Below are positions 47,938-61,099 of a stretch of DNA of 64,000 nucleotides, piece after piece. The stretch covers positions 243,598-307,597 of the forward strand of contig QPGO01000028.1 in assembly GCA_008632985.1 (NCBI GenBank), read 5' to 3'. The stretch is from Psammoneis japonica (lineage: Eukaryota). A program made the translations under genes and the position numbers. The notes under the pieces were generated by a model. It was not told the origin of the DNA, ran no database searches, and saw only the letters and a list, made by a program, of their open reading frames with translations. Position 1 is the first letter of the stretch. Every line of letters starts with the position of its first letter.

Positions 47938-49796
47938 TCAACTCTGATTGGAAAAATCAAACGCCGCGGCAGCTCCGCCTCCTCCAAACGCAAAGGTATC
48001 CCCCTCGACTTGAGGCGCCAAATCCGACATTTCCTCCTCGTCCTCGACACCAAAGTACTGTTCCAAAATTTTAATGCATTTTTCGTAAATGTCATTGTTG
48101 GAATGCTGTTGCAATTCTTCAATCTTGGACAAGCCCTCGGCTTCGGCAATGTACGTCGCCATGACATTGTGGCCATTGACTTCTTCGGCTTGACCCACCT
48201 TGAGGATATTCTCCAATCCCTCCAAGGCAATTGTGACAATTTTGGAATCATTCACCGTCAACAAATCGCAAAGAGGCCGAATGCATCCCTGTTGCACCAA
48301 AAACTTGATTTGTTCGGGACTTCCGCCCGACGTGGCATTGGAAATGGCCCACGCCGCCTCCTTGCGAATATCAAATTCGGCATGGGCAAGCAATTGGATC
48401 AAGGGAGGAATGACATTGGCGGCAATGACGGCTTGGATCTGATCCTTGTTGCCCGCGGTAATGTTGGAAATCGTCCAACACGCCTCCTTGCGAATGCCCT
48501 TTTTGGGACTGCTCAAGAGCGCCAGCAGACACGGAAGGGCGTTTTGATTTATGATAAATTGCGTTTGCATATCATCGCCCGTGACAATATTGCCCACGGT
48601 CCGGAGCGCCGGTGTCTGAACCGCCGGAGACGGATTGAGCAAGAGCTCCACCAAACGACGGCAGACGCCCGCTTCAATGACGGCTTGAATCTTTTCATTC
48701 GGGCCATCACTCAAGTACGAGAGTGCCCAACAGGCATCCGTCAGTACTTCTTCGTCGGGACTAAAAATCAATTGTCCCAACGTCGGTAGAGCGGGCCGGA
48801 CCGCTTCAAAGTCGGGTTGGGGCTTGCCGCGACAAAAGTTCGACAGGGTCCACGTCGCATTGCGTAGCATAGACAGCTTGGAGTTTTGATGCAACTGTTG
48901 CAGCAGCGGATCCATGGCGCCACTCTGCAATACCAAATCACGACAGGGCGGAGAGTCGCCGGCAATGTTCCCCAGCGCCCAAACGGCTTGTTCCCGGACA
49001 TCGTCATTGGGACTGAGCAATAGGCGCACAAAAATGGGAACCGCCCCCACTTGCATGACAACCTTGGTGTGCTCGCTCGTGCCCGAGGCGATATTCGTCA
49101 AGGCCCACGCCGCTTCGAATTGAAGAGCGGGATTGTCGTCGCGTTGCAAAAACTCCACAAACCGCGGTACGACACCACTCTCAATGACTTCTTGAATGGG
49201 CGGGTTCTTTTCTATACTCAACAGTCGACGAAACTGCGTTGTGCATTCGGTTTGCGTCGCCACGTCATTGCCCATGACACCCTGCACCATGACGGGCAAT
49301 TGTTCCAACTTGGCCGTCGTGCTCGGACGACTACCAGTAGTCGTACTGGACGGAGACGATTCCATCATGCTGGCATACGTATCGGTACCACTCGCCATCA
49401 GCATACTGGCCGCTTCCATACCGGCAGGAGTCACTGGCTGAGACGCGGGCCGCATTTGACGGCGTTTCGCCATACGGGCATCCTTTTTCGTCTTGCGAAT
49501 CTGCAACGTCGTTTCCTCACGACGACGACGACCCTCTTCGGCATCCAGTGTCTTTTTATACGCCTTTTTGCGCTGTGAAAAAGAGAAAGAAAGAGAGAGA
49601 GTTAGCAAACAAAACAACGACATGAAAAAAGATTTCGCACCGTAGAAACGGTACTGGCTTCTACGTAACGACAGAAACACTGCAGCAACGGATTCACGAT
49701 TGATTCGTTGCAACCGCGTACTCAACAACAACAACAACCATTCGTGCAATGCAGGACATTACTTACGTCTTCTTCCTTTGTTCTACCGGCATACAT
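47938..49796 (-). CDS. KPNA: Importin subunit alpha, two exons (intron 49573-49766)
   Basis: [25 protein letters not shown] (IBB), ARM repeats [39 protein letters not shown]. Confidence 0.97.
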
Positions 49797-50107
49797 GGTG
49801 TAACGTGTGTAGTGGTAAGTGTAAAATCAATCAATCAATAACAACAGCAACAAACACAGCTGATTATGATTTTCCGTTGTTTTTGTTGTAGCGGTTGTGT
49901 GCGCCGGCGCTGCTCGGCTTTGTTCTGTGTACAGTTTGGTATTGGTTCTACATACGTACGCTGCAGGCATTCTATTACGTCGTACACCGCAAACGGCGGA
50001 TTTTGGAAGGAACGCGCGCGCGATGTTGTGCGCGATGCGACATGTGCTATAAAGCTTTGGCGCATGTGCTTTTTCTTGGTTCCCATCTTGCTTCTTGCTT
50101 GCTTGTT

Positions 50108-50689
50108 GCATGCATGTAGGCAAAAGGGTTTAGGGGGGAGCTGGGGCTCCCCAGTTTATTTTGTCTGATGAGATAGGTTATGAGCCACTAGGACATGCCA
50201 CGCACCACGTAAAGTGCCAGCTGGCACGAACCGCGACGAGCGCGTGGCGCTCATGCAATGCACGCCGGTGCACGCAAACCGCAATGAAGATGCCACAGAT
50301 TGCAAGAAGACACCATTGAACGAACATGCCATGGTGGAGGATGCACCTGCTGCAGACAAGTCTTTTCTCTCCTGAGGAACTTGTTCATGAGAGTCAGACA
50401 AGAGTTCTCAGACAAGATCGCGCTCTCTCTGTTTCTCTTTCACGCAACAAAAGGCCTGTCCAGGTGCCTGGCCAGCTGGAGCAGACTGCAGTTTAATGTG
50501 TGCAACAGATTGCATGATGATGGTTTAAAACCCACTGCAAGCAGGGCACAATCCCCGCCCTGCTCCAGGTTCAACAGGCAGGAGCATGACGGCGCATTCC
50601 AAAAACTGGGCCCCCGCTTTTTTTGCAGGGGGGACTCCCCTTTTTGTCGTGAAGTGCTCCCCCCCAAACCCTTTTGCCTGCATGCATGC
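50108..50689. mobile_element. Putative TIR element, ~34-bp inverted repeats
   Basis: GCATGCATGTAGGCAAAAGGGTTTAGGGGGGAGC (50108-50141) vs GCTCCCCCCCAAACCCTTTTGCCTGCATGCATGC (50656-50689). Confidence 0.6.
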
Positions 50690-52484
50690 TTGTTCAACAA
50701 AAAGTTCCCAGTGGCTCCAAACCCACAACATCACAAATTTGTTGTTTTCTTGTCACCCATCACTCTGTGCTTTTGTGGCTGCAACCTTGGCTTCTTCTGG
50801 GGATGACTGAGCTTTTTGCTTCTCTTGTTGTGTCCTCGGTGAAGAAAAAGAAGAGGAAGAACAAAACACAAGAACCCAGGCAGGCAGCCCAAAAGCCACC
50901 ACAAAGCCTGAAAGTTTGAAAAAAATCAAACAACAAAAAATGCTCCTGCTGTTGCATTTGTTGCACTTTTGTTGCACAAAACACCCACCTCTTTGTGCAG
51001 CCCGAGCAACAAGAAAATGGTGGCTCTTTGTTTTGTGAGAGCACACACACACACAACAGCGCCGCTGCGCCAAAAGTCCTTCTGCAACACAAGGTTCTTG
51101 TCATGGTGTGTGACGCAGCTCACTCTCAACATGAAACACCAATGGCTGAGTGGCGGTTGTGTGAAGATGGGAAAGCAACATTGTTCCACAATTTGAGTGT
51201 GAGTGTCCATGCAAAAGCTTGTTTGTGCCCACCAGGGATTTTGACTTTTGTTGAAACCCCCATGAGATGGGAACTTTTGCAGCAGCTGTGGGCATGTGCA
51301 CACACAGAAAGTCCAAAAGTGCCCCCCATTGATCAGCTGGTGCATTTTTGAAAAACATTGATGATTGCTGTTGTCATTTTGTGCTTTGATTGTGGTGCCT
51401 GGTGTTGACTTTTTTGTGCACGATTGGGTGCAAATGTGGGAGCGACTCCATGTTCAAAAATTGGTGCTTGCAAACAGCCTTGCTCAAATGCCAACCTGAC
51501 TTCAGGGTGACAAACATTGTGCAGGGGTGACCCCCCTCAAGCATGAGGTTTTGTGCAATGTGCAAGACTGAGTGCGCATGTGCAGATGGCAACATTGCAA
51601 AATGCAAAAATGCAGCACGCAAACAAAAGAAAGGCATTTGACTGCACAAAGCTTGAAGGGGAGAGTGGTGCCAGACACACCCCCAAACAGACAGAGGTGA
51701 GAGATTGAGCCCATGGATGTGCAGCTTGTCTCCCTTTTCAATTGACACACAGATGCTGCTGATCATCACATCTCCTGCACATGTGTTGTCAGCTGGCATG
51801 GTGCATTTGTCACAGAAATGAACTTGTGCAAAGCACCTTGGTCATCAACAACACTGCCTTTGTTGCAGCTGTCTCTGCAGCTGCACTGCGTTTCTCATTT
51901 CTTGGCCTGAAAAAAAGGAAAGGCAAATGAAAAAATGTGTCAGATGTGGTGGGCTTCTCCTCAGCTTGTGCTGCACTGCCCCACAGAGAGCATGGTCTTT
52001 GCCTTTGTTCCATCATTGTTGCGCCAGCTTCTTTGTCCTACAGCCATGCACTGCAAGACAAAAGGCAAGTGAAAATGCTGCTGCAGTGGGCAAAGTGGTT
52101 GTGGAGTCAAGTCAAGACATTGGCTGCAAACTCAACAGGCCCAGGGGGGGGGGTTGAGATTGGGCAGAAATGAAGCTGGTCTGGCGGTGTGCAAAATGCA
52201 CTGGCTGGCTCTGGGGGACAACACATGGGCAAGCTGCCAAACTTGTCAACTTCTTTGTGCATTTGTCCATGGGAATGCGCACTCCACTGCATGAACAACA
52301 AAAAAAATGCAACAAACAGACATTTCAGTGGTGCAAAGCTGTGCAGATTTTGTGTGACCGCCAACTTGAGAATGGACTTGTGAGGCCAAAACAATGTCTT
52401 GCACATTTGAAAATGTTTGAGTGCATTGACAAGTTCCCCACTGGAGAGTGAACAAAAACAAGCGGTTGCTCTTCATGTCATGGC

Positions 52485-52710
52485 AAGTGCAAAATCAATC
52501 AATCAAATGGTTGTTGTTGTGGCGGTTGTGCGTGCACTGTGCTGGCTCTGCTCGGCTTTGTTCTGTGTGCCGGTGCAGTTTGGCATTGGTTCTGCATGCA
52601 CTCCGTGCACAGCACAAGGACCACATGCAGTGTGCGGCACTCATGCCGGTGCCAAATGGAGGATTTTCAAGGAGGAACTTGCGCGATGTTGTGCATGATG
52701 AAACATGTGG
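52485..52710. repeat. Mutated duplicate of the importin-alpha upstream region (approx. 49815-50046)
   Basis: Shared AAAATCAATCAATCAA, CTGCTCGGCTTTGTTCTGTGT, CAGTTTGG(T/C)ATTGGTTCT, GCGCGATGTTGTGC. Confidence 0.75.
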
Positions 52711-52929
52711 AGATGGGTGGACTCTGCTCTCTCTCGCTCTGCTGCAGCAGCTGGAGCTGCAGCACCAGCTGGCAGCAGAGCAGCTGGAGGCCCTGCTCTC
52801 TATGTGCAGAGAGCAGCAGCAGAGCCAGCTCTGGAGCCAGAGCAGAGACCGTGCAGGACTCAAGAAGCAGATGATTGCAGGTGTCTGTGAGCACGCCATC
52901 TCCTTCTTGTGCACAAAAGAAAGTGCCAT

Positions 52930-53550
52930 CATCGTCACTCATGTGGACAACTCTGGCAGGACCTGCACAACAGCCAGCTCCACACCTTGTCTCTTCTGCT
53001 CTTGTTTGACAAGCAGTGCCAGGTGCCCCGTGTGGTGCATTGGCGCACTTCTTCCACCTTGCACTCTTGTGCTCTGTTGTCTTCTTGCAGGTGTGCTTCA
53101 ACTTGGCACAATGAACAAAATTGAGTCACACATCCAAAGACCAGCTGAGAGCAAGGGGATCACCCATGTGCAGTTGTGTGTGTCTCATGGCATGTGCAGC
53201 AAATGCTGCAGCCAAAGGGACACCACTTCATGCAGGTCCTCATCCAACTCCGCTGTGAGTTGTTGCTCAAAAAAGAGTGTGCTGCATTTCCAAGAACAAG
53301 CATCCAGTGTGCATTCCATGACAGCACCCAGCTTGTGTGGATTTTGTTTGCTTGCATGGGCTTCTGTTCAGGGCCCCAGTCAATTCAGATCATCTGGTGG
53401 AACTCTGTCACAAGTTCATTTCTGTGATTGCATGTGGCCTTGCTTGGCGCTGCAGGCACCTGCACAGCCAGGTTTGTTCCAAGATGTTTGCTGCAACACC
53501 TGCTTGTTTTGCAGACACTTCCATGGTCTTGAATTGCCCTGTTGTCAGGT
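52930..53550 (-). mobile_element. Highly degenerate Gypsy integrase remnant
   Basis: TGQFKTMEVSAKQAGVAANILEQTWLCRC aligns with TGWFEIEEVSMKRADVAANVVEQTWLCRC at ~15230-15310; AGPARVV also shared. Confidence 0.75.
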
Positions 53551-53952
53551 TCAAAAAATTGTCTCGTGTTTTGAATGTGCAGACACAAAACAATTCAAAA
53601 AAAGCACTGAACACACCAAAGAGAAGCACAGCTGCACAGGGCACAGTGTGACTGCATTTTTTTGCATTCCCGTGTCATTCTGTCTTTTTTGTTCCATGCA
53701 GGTGGCTGGCATTGTTGGCTCCAATGGGGATTCTGGCAATGTGGGTGCAGCTCCAGGTGCTGGTGCATTGCATCTGCCAAGATCCTGTTAGATGGCAGCA
53801 GCTTTGGAGGAGGGGAACTCTCTGTGACCACACAGGTCATCTCACAGGGCTCATCAATTGTCTCATTCTTAACTTCAACACATTGAATGCAAGGGATGTC
53901 AACATGGGTTTGGGTGCAGGGCTGCTCTTTGTGAGCAACCACAACTTTGGTT

Positions 53953-53985
<33 letters not shown>

Positions 53986-55725
53986 GTTGGTCCAGTGTTC
54001 AGATCTTGCACAACCTGGGAGTGATTTCATTGGCAGCAGCCACCAAAAATGACGTGAACAACTCTGCCATTGTTTCCACAGGAAATTTAAGATTTAAATC
54101 ATGCTGACAGCTGAAAGCCATGTGCAGTGCAACACAAACACCAGCAGCAGTCCCCAAACAACTGTTTTTGCTCCTGGGGCAGGCATTGAATTGAGTGCTC
54201 GTGGCAGCGACACTGCCGCGACACCGGCATCTGGGACCAGTGTAGCAGCTGGTTGTGCAGCACTTTTCATCAACTCAAAACTGGCCATCACACCATTTTG
54301 AGTCCAGACTCAGCCCAGCTGACAATCTTAGAAGCAACAGAGCCTCAAAAAATGCTTGCCTTTCCTTGAATCAACTGCTCACCCTGGAAAAAAGTTGAAG
54401 GCCAAAATCTCATGTTTCTTGATCAGCCATGTCAACCAAGACATTGAGTGTCAGGGAACAACTTGTGTTGCTGTTGGTGCTGTGCAATGCACACACAGTG
54501 CACAGCAGTGTGTGTCATTGGAAGCTGGCAATGTGTGAGATCAAGTGTTGTGAGGCAACACATGCACATTTCCCTTGATGCTCAATGCACTCAAGAATTG
54601 GCAATGACATGTGGATGATTTGAAGGAAGTTTGGTGTTTGTGATGCAGCTTGCACAGTCTTGCACTTTGTTTTCAACCCCAATGCACTCCATCCCTGAGC
54701 CTTCTCACTTTCACCTGCACTGCCATGCTGTGCATGGGAAATGGTCTCATCCCTGCTGTTCTTTTTGGGCCACATTCTTGGTCCATTTCATTGACTTGAA
54801 TGGGAGAAAGCACCTCTGCTGTTGATCACCCAGGTGGGAAATGCAGTCACAAGCCTTGTGATCTTATGGATTGCTTGTTGTGTGCTTGATTTTACAGTTG
54901 CTGCTCCAGCCACCATTGCGGTGATGCAAATGAACCTTGATCTGGAAGCAGGAGCCAAACAGTGGCAGCAAGGCCAGATGGAACATGCTTTGAAGCACAA
55001 GCAAGCGTTTTGGAAAATCCCACAGAAGATCACAGCTCTTGAGTGAGCACCACATTTGAAAAAAGGATGTTGAGCATTTCAAAGCACAAGTGAGCCTTTT
55101 GCCCAGGGAAGAGGGCAGTTCCTCTGAATGAGCGCCACATTTTGCATGCCGCTCACAAGGTTGCAAGAAGAGCAAGGATGCAGGGCCCTGTGGTGGCATT
55201 GGCATGTCATTGCACCTCAGAAAAAAGTAGTTTTGATTGATTTGTAGATTGAAGATTGCAAAACCGATCGTCATCGCATCGAATGCTACCTGCTCCTCTT
55301 CCATTGGGTGGACGGCACGCTTTCTTTGTTTTACTCGCAGCCGGCTCTCTCGAATAGCGCTGGACTGCTACCTGGTCGGCCATCGTGGTAGTGAACTATA
55401 TAAATTAGCGCACGTACTATGCGTCTCCTCCTGTTCACACGTCATTCTCGCATGTCACTAATCATGAAATCCTAGCTTGACCCGTTTGACAAGGAGCCGC
55501 AGGTGGAGCATCATCAAGCATCAAGACCTCGCCCCAATTCAGCAGCTTGTTCTTTCTCGTGCGGTCCTTTTGTGATCTGGCCCACTTTTTGAGAAGATTG
55601 GCCAATCGAGTTAGATAACAACATGGGTGCACTTCTTGTCTTTCAAGTGGGGACTGAATCCTACCAATAAAGCACTGTGCGTCGTATAAGGTGAGGTGCC
55701 ACCAGCGATGATGACATTCATTGGT

Positions 55726-56919
55726 CTACGGATATATTACCCTCTCGCCGCATATGGTTGACCTAGTGTCATTGCAAAAAAAGATGCATTCGCTGCAAAC
55801 TTCCAAATTTCCATCTCTCTGTGTCACGTACACATAATTGGTTTTGGGGTCTGCTCCTGACAGTACCCGAACCAGACCAACCATGACTGCCATGCTACTC
55901 GCTCTTGTGCCAACAAAAATGTCACTCTTGATGGCAATCATCATGTCACTCTCTACCGAAATTGAGGAATTGGTCATGTTGAACCGAGGGTCCAAAGCCG
56001 GGACGATCACTTGACGACCAATCTCTTCATCATTTTTGAGAGCACTCAGTATCTCGGGCCTCTGCATGTCACTGATCACGATGATTGGTATGCGCCCGAG
56101 CAGGCCCAATGAACGAAGGATATCTTTAATGTAGCTTGGTTTCATATCGCATTCATCTTTAGGCAGCTTGTCCCCGACACGCCAATAACATTCTCCCTCC
56201 AGCCATCGAGAATGAACCACCATGTACTTGCCCCGAAGATGCTCATCTTCCTTTGCATATGTAACATTGTCCAAATGTGCCTTGAGGAGGTTGAGCGTCT
56301 CAAAATTTCTTTTGGACGCATGGCGAAACAGCTGTCCCAGAATCAATCTTCTTCGTTTCTCAATGCGATCCACTGATGCTTTGCTCAGATGGTTTCTTGT
56401 GTAGTGATAAGTGGGGTGGACTGCAAGCTTGACGAGCCTTTTTTCTCCGGGCAGTTGATTGATTCGATCAAAATGAAGGATGGGGACCGTTTGTTCCAAC
56501 TTGAGATCCCAGTCTTCTGCTGTATTTTCGTCAAAGAAGAACTTTCTGAGCGTATCGTATGCCCAACCAGAAACCGCCACAGCGATAACGCAGTTGGAAC
56601 CGTCATTTGCAATGTCACCATGCTGATCAAAGGCCAAGTCGAGAGCGTGCAGAACTGTAATAAGATGGTTATTGGTCCGACCCCCATGGTTGTCCCATCC
56701 TAAGTGGTATATGGTCGTCGCAAGTGTCACGTTCAGTTTCGACATGGCATTATTATTTGAAGCATCGAACGTCTCATTGAACCATGAAAAACTAATTCTT
56801 GGTGCTTTACTTGTCGAATCGGATCGTAAGCTCGCGGGATGGAATTGACGGAGTGCAAAGGGACTTGTCAAGAAGAGCAGCAAAATTGGTAGGAGTCGCC
56901 TCTTTGGAGAAAACATCAT
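55726..56919 (-). CDS. Type II membrane glycosyltransferase-like protein (O-fucosyltransferase-like)
   Basis: N-terminal TM segment; GRTNNHL, VVHSRWLEG, VISD, SDIFVGTRASSM motifs typical of fucosyltransferase-like GT-B proteins. Confidence 0.7.
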   Translation of the reverse strand: MMFSPKRRLLPILLLFLTSPFALRQFHPASLRSDSTSKAPRISFSWFNETFDASNNNAMSKLNVTLATTIYHLGWDNHGGRTNNHLITVLHALDLAFDQHGDIANDGSNCVIAVAVSGWAYDTLRKFFFDENTAEDWDLKLEQTVPILHFDRINQLPGEKRLVKLAVHPTYHYTRNHLSKASVDRIEKRRRLILGQLFRHASKRNFETLNLLKAHLDNVTYAKEDEHLRGKYMVVHSRWLEGECYWRVGDKLPKDECDMKPSYIKDILRSLGLLGRIPIIVISDMQRPEILSALKNDEEIGRQVIVPALDPRFNMTNSSISVESDMMIAIKSDIFVGTRASSMAVMVGLVRVLSGADPKTNYVYVTQRDGNLEVCSECIFFCNDTRSTICGERVIYP

Positions 56920-57933
56920 GGTGAAGCTGAAGAGCACGACAACAGAGTCTCATCTCAGCGTCAATCATTGGCCTTCACCGGCACAGCATGCGCATGCTAC
57001 TCATGCTGAGCTACAGTGCAGTATGTACGGTACGGTATGTACAGTACTGTACTCTCTACATACTGTACAGTGTAGAGTGGCAATGCGGCAGGCAATCTTT
57101 CGTGCTGTGTGCGAGTGCTCATTGCACAAACATGCGTAGAAATTATGTATGTACGGCCGGTACCACTCCCAACTGGGAGGTCTGTAAGTGGTACGGAAGA
57201 AGACAGAGGTACGGTACCGTAGACCAGCACCAGCGAAAATAAAAATGCAGCATTAAAATGTCTGTCCGTCTACCCTCAGTGAATTTTAATTCTGCGAAAA
57301 ACAATGTGGACTTTGCTGCTAAACTGATCAGGCGCATTTTAACGCCAATCGTATCAGATGCCTGTTTGCGGCCCACATGTGGGCCGCAATTTTTTTCAAA
57401 ACTTCAACAAAAGAGACAATCGATAAACAGACCCCACAGCCGAATTCTCCACACCCGAAAACACAGGAATCGACACTTCAACCACTGTTGAAAACGACCC
57501 ACTGGCTGTTGTCATGGCCTCCAAAAAGTTCTTGCGTTTTCACGCAATTTTTCACTGATTTCTCCCTCCACCATGGTGGACCCTGTGGCTGCCCCCAGCA
57601 GCGAAGGATGTTCACTCCAGCAACCTCACACCTGACAACATCATCAGGGAAATGCTGGGTGTGTCAGAGAGCTGCTTGTGGCGGGAACAGACGTGCCTTT
57701 TTCACCAGTTCAAGACATGCTGCAAAACCCGGCATCACAGTCTGCAGCAGGAGCATCAACTGTTCCTGCATGTGTGCCCCCTCCAAGTCTTCCTGTGGAG
57801 CTGCCAGTGGCAAAGAGAGCTCAAGCATCACTCAGCTTTGCAAAGCATTGAAGGCAAGACAATGTGGGAAAAGAGGGAACATGAGTTTGCGTTGTTGTTA
57901 CAACAGTTGCTCACCATCACTGTTCTGTTGCCA

Positions 57934-58077
57934 TTCCAGCATGCTGCCATTGCTTGTCAGTGTCACTTGGAGCCAGTTTGTGTTGAGGCAACCAAATTGG
58001 AAGACAAGGTGGAAGCGGAGTGTGAGGAGGCATGGAACAAGGTCAAGAGTGCCGATGGCATCATTGTTCTTGGTGGC
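57934..58077 (+). pseudogene. Isolated CTP synthase-like fragment in degenerate DNA
   Basis: QHAAIACQCHLEPVCVEATKLED..ECEEAWNKVKSADGIIVLGG resembles the CTP synthase glutaminase segment (HA..A...L.I.WVEA..LE...Y..AW..L..ADGILVPGG). Confidence 0.6.
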
Positions 58078-59639
58078 CCATCATTGTTGCGTGAATGCCA
58101 AACCATCCCCGCCATGTTGGAGTGCAGTGCCATCCTGAGTTTTCAATCATGACACCTCTCACCTGGTCCGCCCTTTTTGGGTCTCGTTCAAGCGGCACTC
58201 TTGGAAAGCAACAAGAGCAATTGACGACTGTGTGTTGGTCTTTTGGGAAATGACAGAGTTTGAAGTTTGGCAGCAACATTGGGCTCAGCAGTGACATTGG
58301 GTTCATTGTTGTTTGGACTGTGTGACATCACTCTTCCAACATTGATTTTTCCTGTAAAAATGACAATGAGGCAAGCTTTGTTTTAAGAATTGTGGCCAAT
58401 TTGTGGCCCACATGTGGGGTCGCAAAAATTTGCAACAAGAATTTTGCAGCCCAGATGCACGCAAATGTTCTTGGAAGATCTTTTGACGACATCAATTGCC
58501 ACTGCCAGATTCATGCTTTGAATCATGCTTGATTGAAATGCTGCCATTTGCTGAAACATGCAAATGGGACTCACGTTTCAGCAGATTTTGCTGAAAATGA
58601 TGCAGCACGTTTCAGCAATTGCTGGGCGGGGCATGCCATGTTTCAGCAAAAGTTGCTGAAACATGCGTTTTGTTGAGACATGCCATGTTTCAGAAAAATC
58701 TGCTGAAACATGAGTCCTGTTTGAGCAACTCAACAGAAATCTTTTGAAAATGACCCATGGTGCATGACGCACAAATGTTGCTTGAGGACGTCCACAGAAT
58801 CTACATGTTTTTGTGCCAAAATTGTTGTCTTCTCAAAACTTTAGCAAAAAAGGACTTTGTTCACATTCATGAGGCAGACTTTCAGCTGATCACCAGTGTC
58901 AAGTGGTGGACCCTTGTGAATCATGTGGAGCACCATCACCTGTTTGATCCTGGCATCTGCAGCACTCATGCCTTCCTTTGTGCTCAAACTCCAGTGTTCT
59001 TGGAAGTTTTGATGTTGGAGACATCTGGAGCTTCTTGGAAGACGTCAATCACAAGTGAAGATGATCGCACATCTTGTTAAAATAGAATCCTCCTGGTCTT
59101 CATGGCAGTCATGTGTGTCAGTCTTGGAATGGATCCATTTGTGTCAGCAACAGCCACCATCTCTGCCACTCATCTTGTTTGGCACTGGCTGTTAACCCTT
59201 TTGGGCTTGTCAGAAACTTTGCATTCTCACAGTTCTGAGTCACCAATTTGTGGCACAGGTCAAGGCAGTGGCAACTCTCCCTTTCATTGGAACAACCTCT
59301 GCAGTCTCCTTTTTTGACATTTTTGATTCCAAAGCACATGGTGCATTCTTTGAATCTCCAGCTCAGACATTCAGAGGACAAATGAAGAACCCTACGAGCA
59401 GGAGGAGTCTCACGGCACACAAAAGATCCATGGTCTTGTTGCAGCCTGCATGCTCTTGTGATCACACACTGCACATCTCCTGTCTCTCTCTTCTGTTTGG
59501 TGTTTGTTAAAAGCAAAGAGGTGGGCTCAAAACATTCATGGCAAACATTTGTTTTGCTTGGTGGCAGTGAGAGCTTGATTTTGCATGGAGTTGAAACTTG
59601 TTGTGGTCCATGAGCAGGAGATGACAAGTGCATTGGAGG

Positions 59640-60735
59640 CTTCCCTTCACCCAGACATGACCAATTTCTGTTGAAACAACTCTCTTCATGCACGGTCCCA
59701 TTGCTTGTTTCATCAAGATGCCACCATCTGAAAGGTGCATTCATGTGTCAATGACCTCACTGCCTCCCGGCTTCCTGGACACCGGAGCAAAAGGCGAATT
59801 CTTGATGATGATCCCGCCCACCCACAGAGTGTCCACCATGGCCTCTGCCACCAGATGACAGTCAGGAATGTGTCCCAGTGCATCCATTGCAAGTGTGGCT
59901 CCCAGAGAAGCATCTCGTGGCAAAGGTGCTGTCTTGGGATCAAAGGACCAACCAGTGGCAGTGCTGTGTGGGCACAGAAAAGAAACAAGCTCATCAAAAC
60001 CTCACTTTTTGACCTGGAATTCAGCAAATGCATGTTCTGTCAGGCCAATGCCGAAACATTGCACATTGATGTTCCTGCTGGCCATCTCAATGACAACATT
60101 GCCAACCCTGCCAGAACAGTCCAAGACTGGTGAGTGCAAATTGTTGAGGCATTTCTGCACAATCAACGGCACTCCATGGCCAGCATTGGCAAAAAGGCAG
60201 TTGACAGATGCAGTGCAATGTCAGGTGAACTCAGAATTTGTTTGATGACTCCAAAAGGCATGCTCTCTTTCAAAATGAAATTGACCCTTGTGGCAAAGAT
60301 GAACATTGACTTCATCCAGTGAAAGTCCCGCAAATTCATGCAAGTCCTCACAAACATTGCAGCATGTTGGATTTTCACAAAAGTCCAGGTTTGGCAATTC
60401 TCCCTGGCCTCCTTGTCCAGTTGCATGAAACACATCACAGCACTCTGGTTGACAGACAATGATGCTGCTACCATGCTCTTGGTTGGCTGAGGAGGAGGAG
60501 GAGTTTGGGCATCAGCATCATCATTGGCTGGAGGACAATGACATGGCAGTGATGGCGATGGTGGTGAACAAGAAGAGGAGCACACTTCCCTTGAAACTGG
60601 TCCATTGTTCAACTCGGAAAGGCAAAAACCTGACATGACACCCACAGCCAAGCAAATCACCAGCAGAGTGGGGCAACTCATTTGAGCATGTTTTTTCTTT
60701 TCCGTTCCCACTTTCATCTTTCCAGTTGTTGTCAA
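59640..60735 (-). pseudogene. Degenerate type II membrane SAM-methyltransferase gene
   Basis: TM segment LLVICLAVGVMSGF; PVLDCSGRVGN (motif I-like), AMDALGHIPDCHLV..LWVGGIII; stops and frameshifts. Confidence 0.6.
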
Positions 60736-61099
60736 CGAAATGAGTTGTGTCCATGATGGCCAAAATCAACCACTCCAGACCTTCTGATGGGGCAAAAACA
60801 ATGCAAGGAAGTGCCACTCCTCTGCCACATGGCAAGTGCTGACAAACTCAAAACCCAAAACTGCTCAAGAAAAAAAGGTCTGCTTGCCGCCTGATTGCAC
60901 CGTCCACATGTTCACCAGGAGCCGGAAGTGAGCCATCCGCCCTTGATGCGGGGGCACCCTGTCATTGTTTTGACTGTCAAATGGTCATCAATTCATTCTT
61001 TGAAGGAATGCATTGGTGATGACAAGCATCCATCCATGGCGGCAGCATCCATCTGCATCCGCAACATGCACACTGCAGCATGGTGCATGGTGTTTCTCC

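Noticed and set aside
47785..48789. 334-aa plus-strand ORF
   Set aside because: Antisense shadow of importin-alpha
52448..53791. 447-aa plus-strand ORF
   Set aside because: Cys/His-rich with no Tyr, antisense to a Gypsy integrase remnant; explained by stop-codon loss
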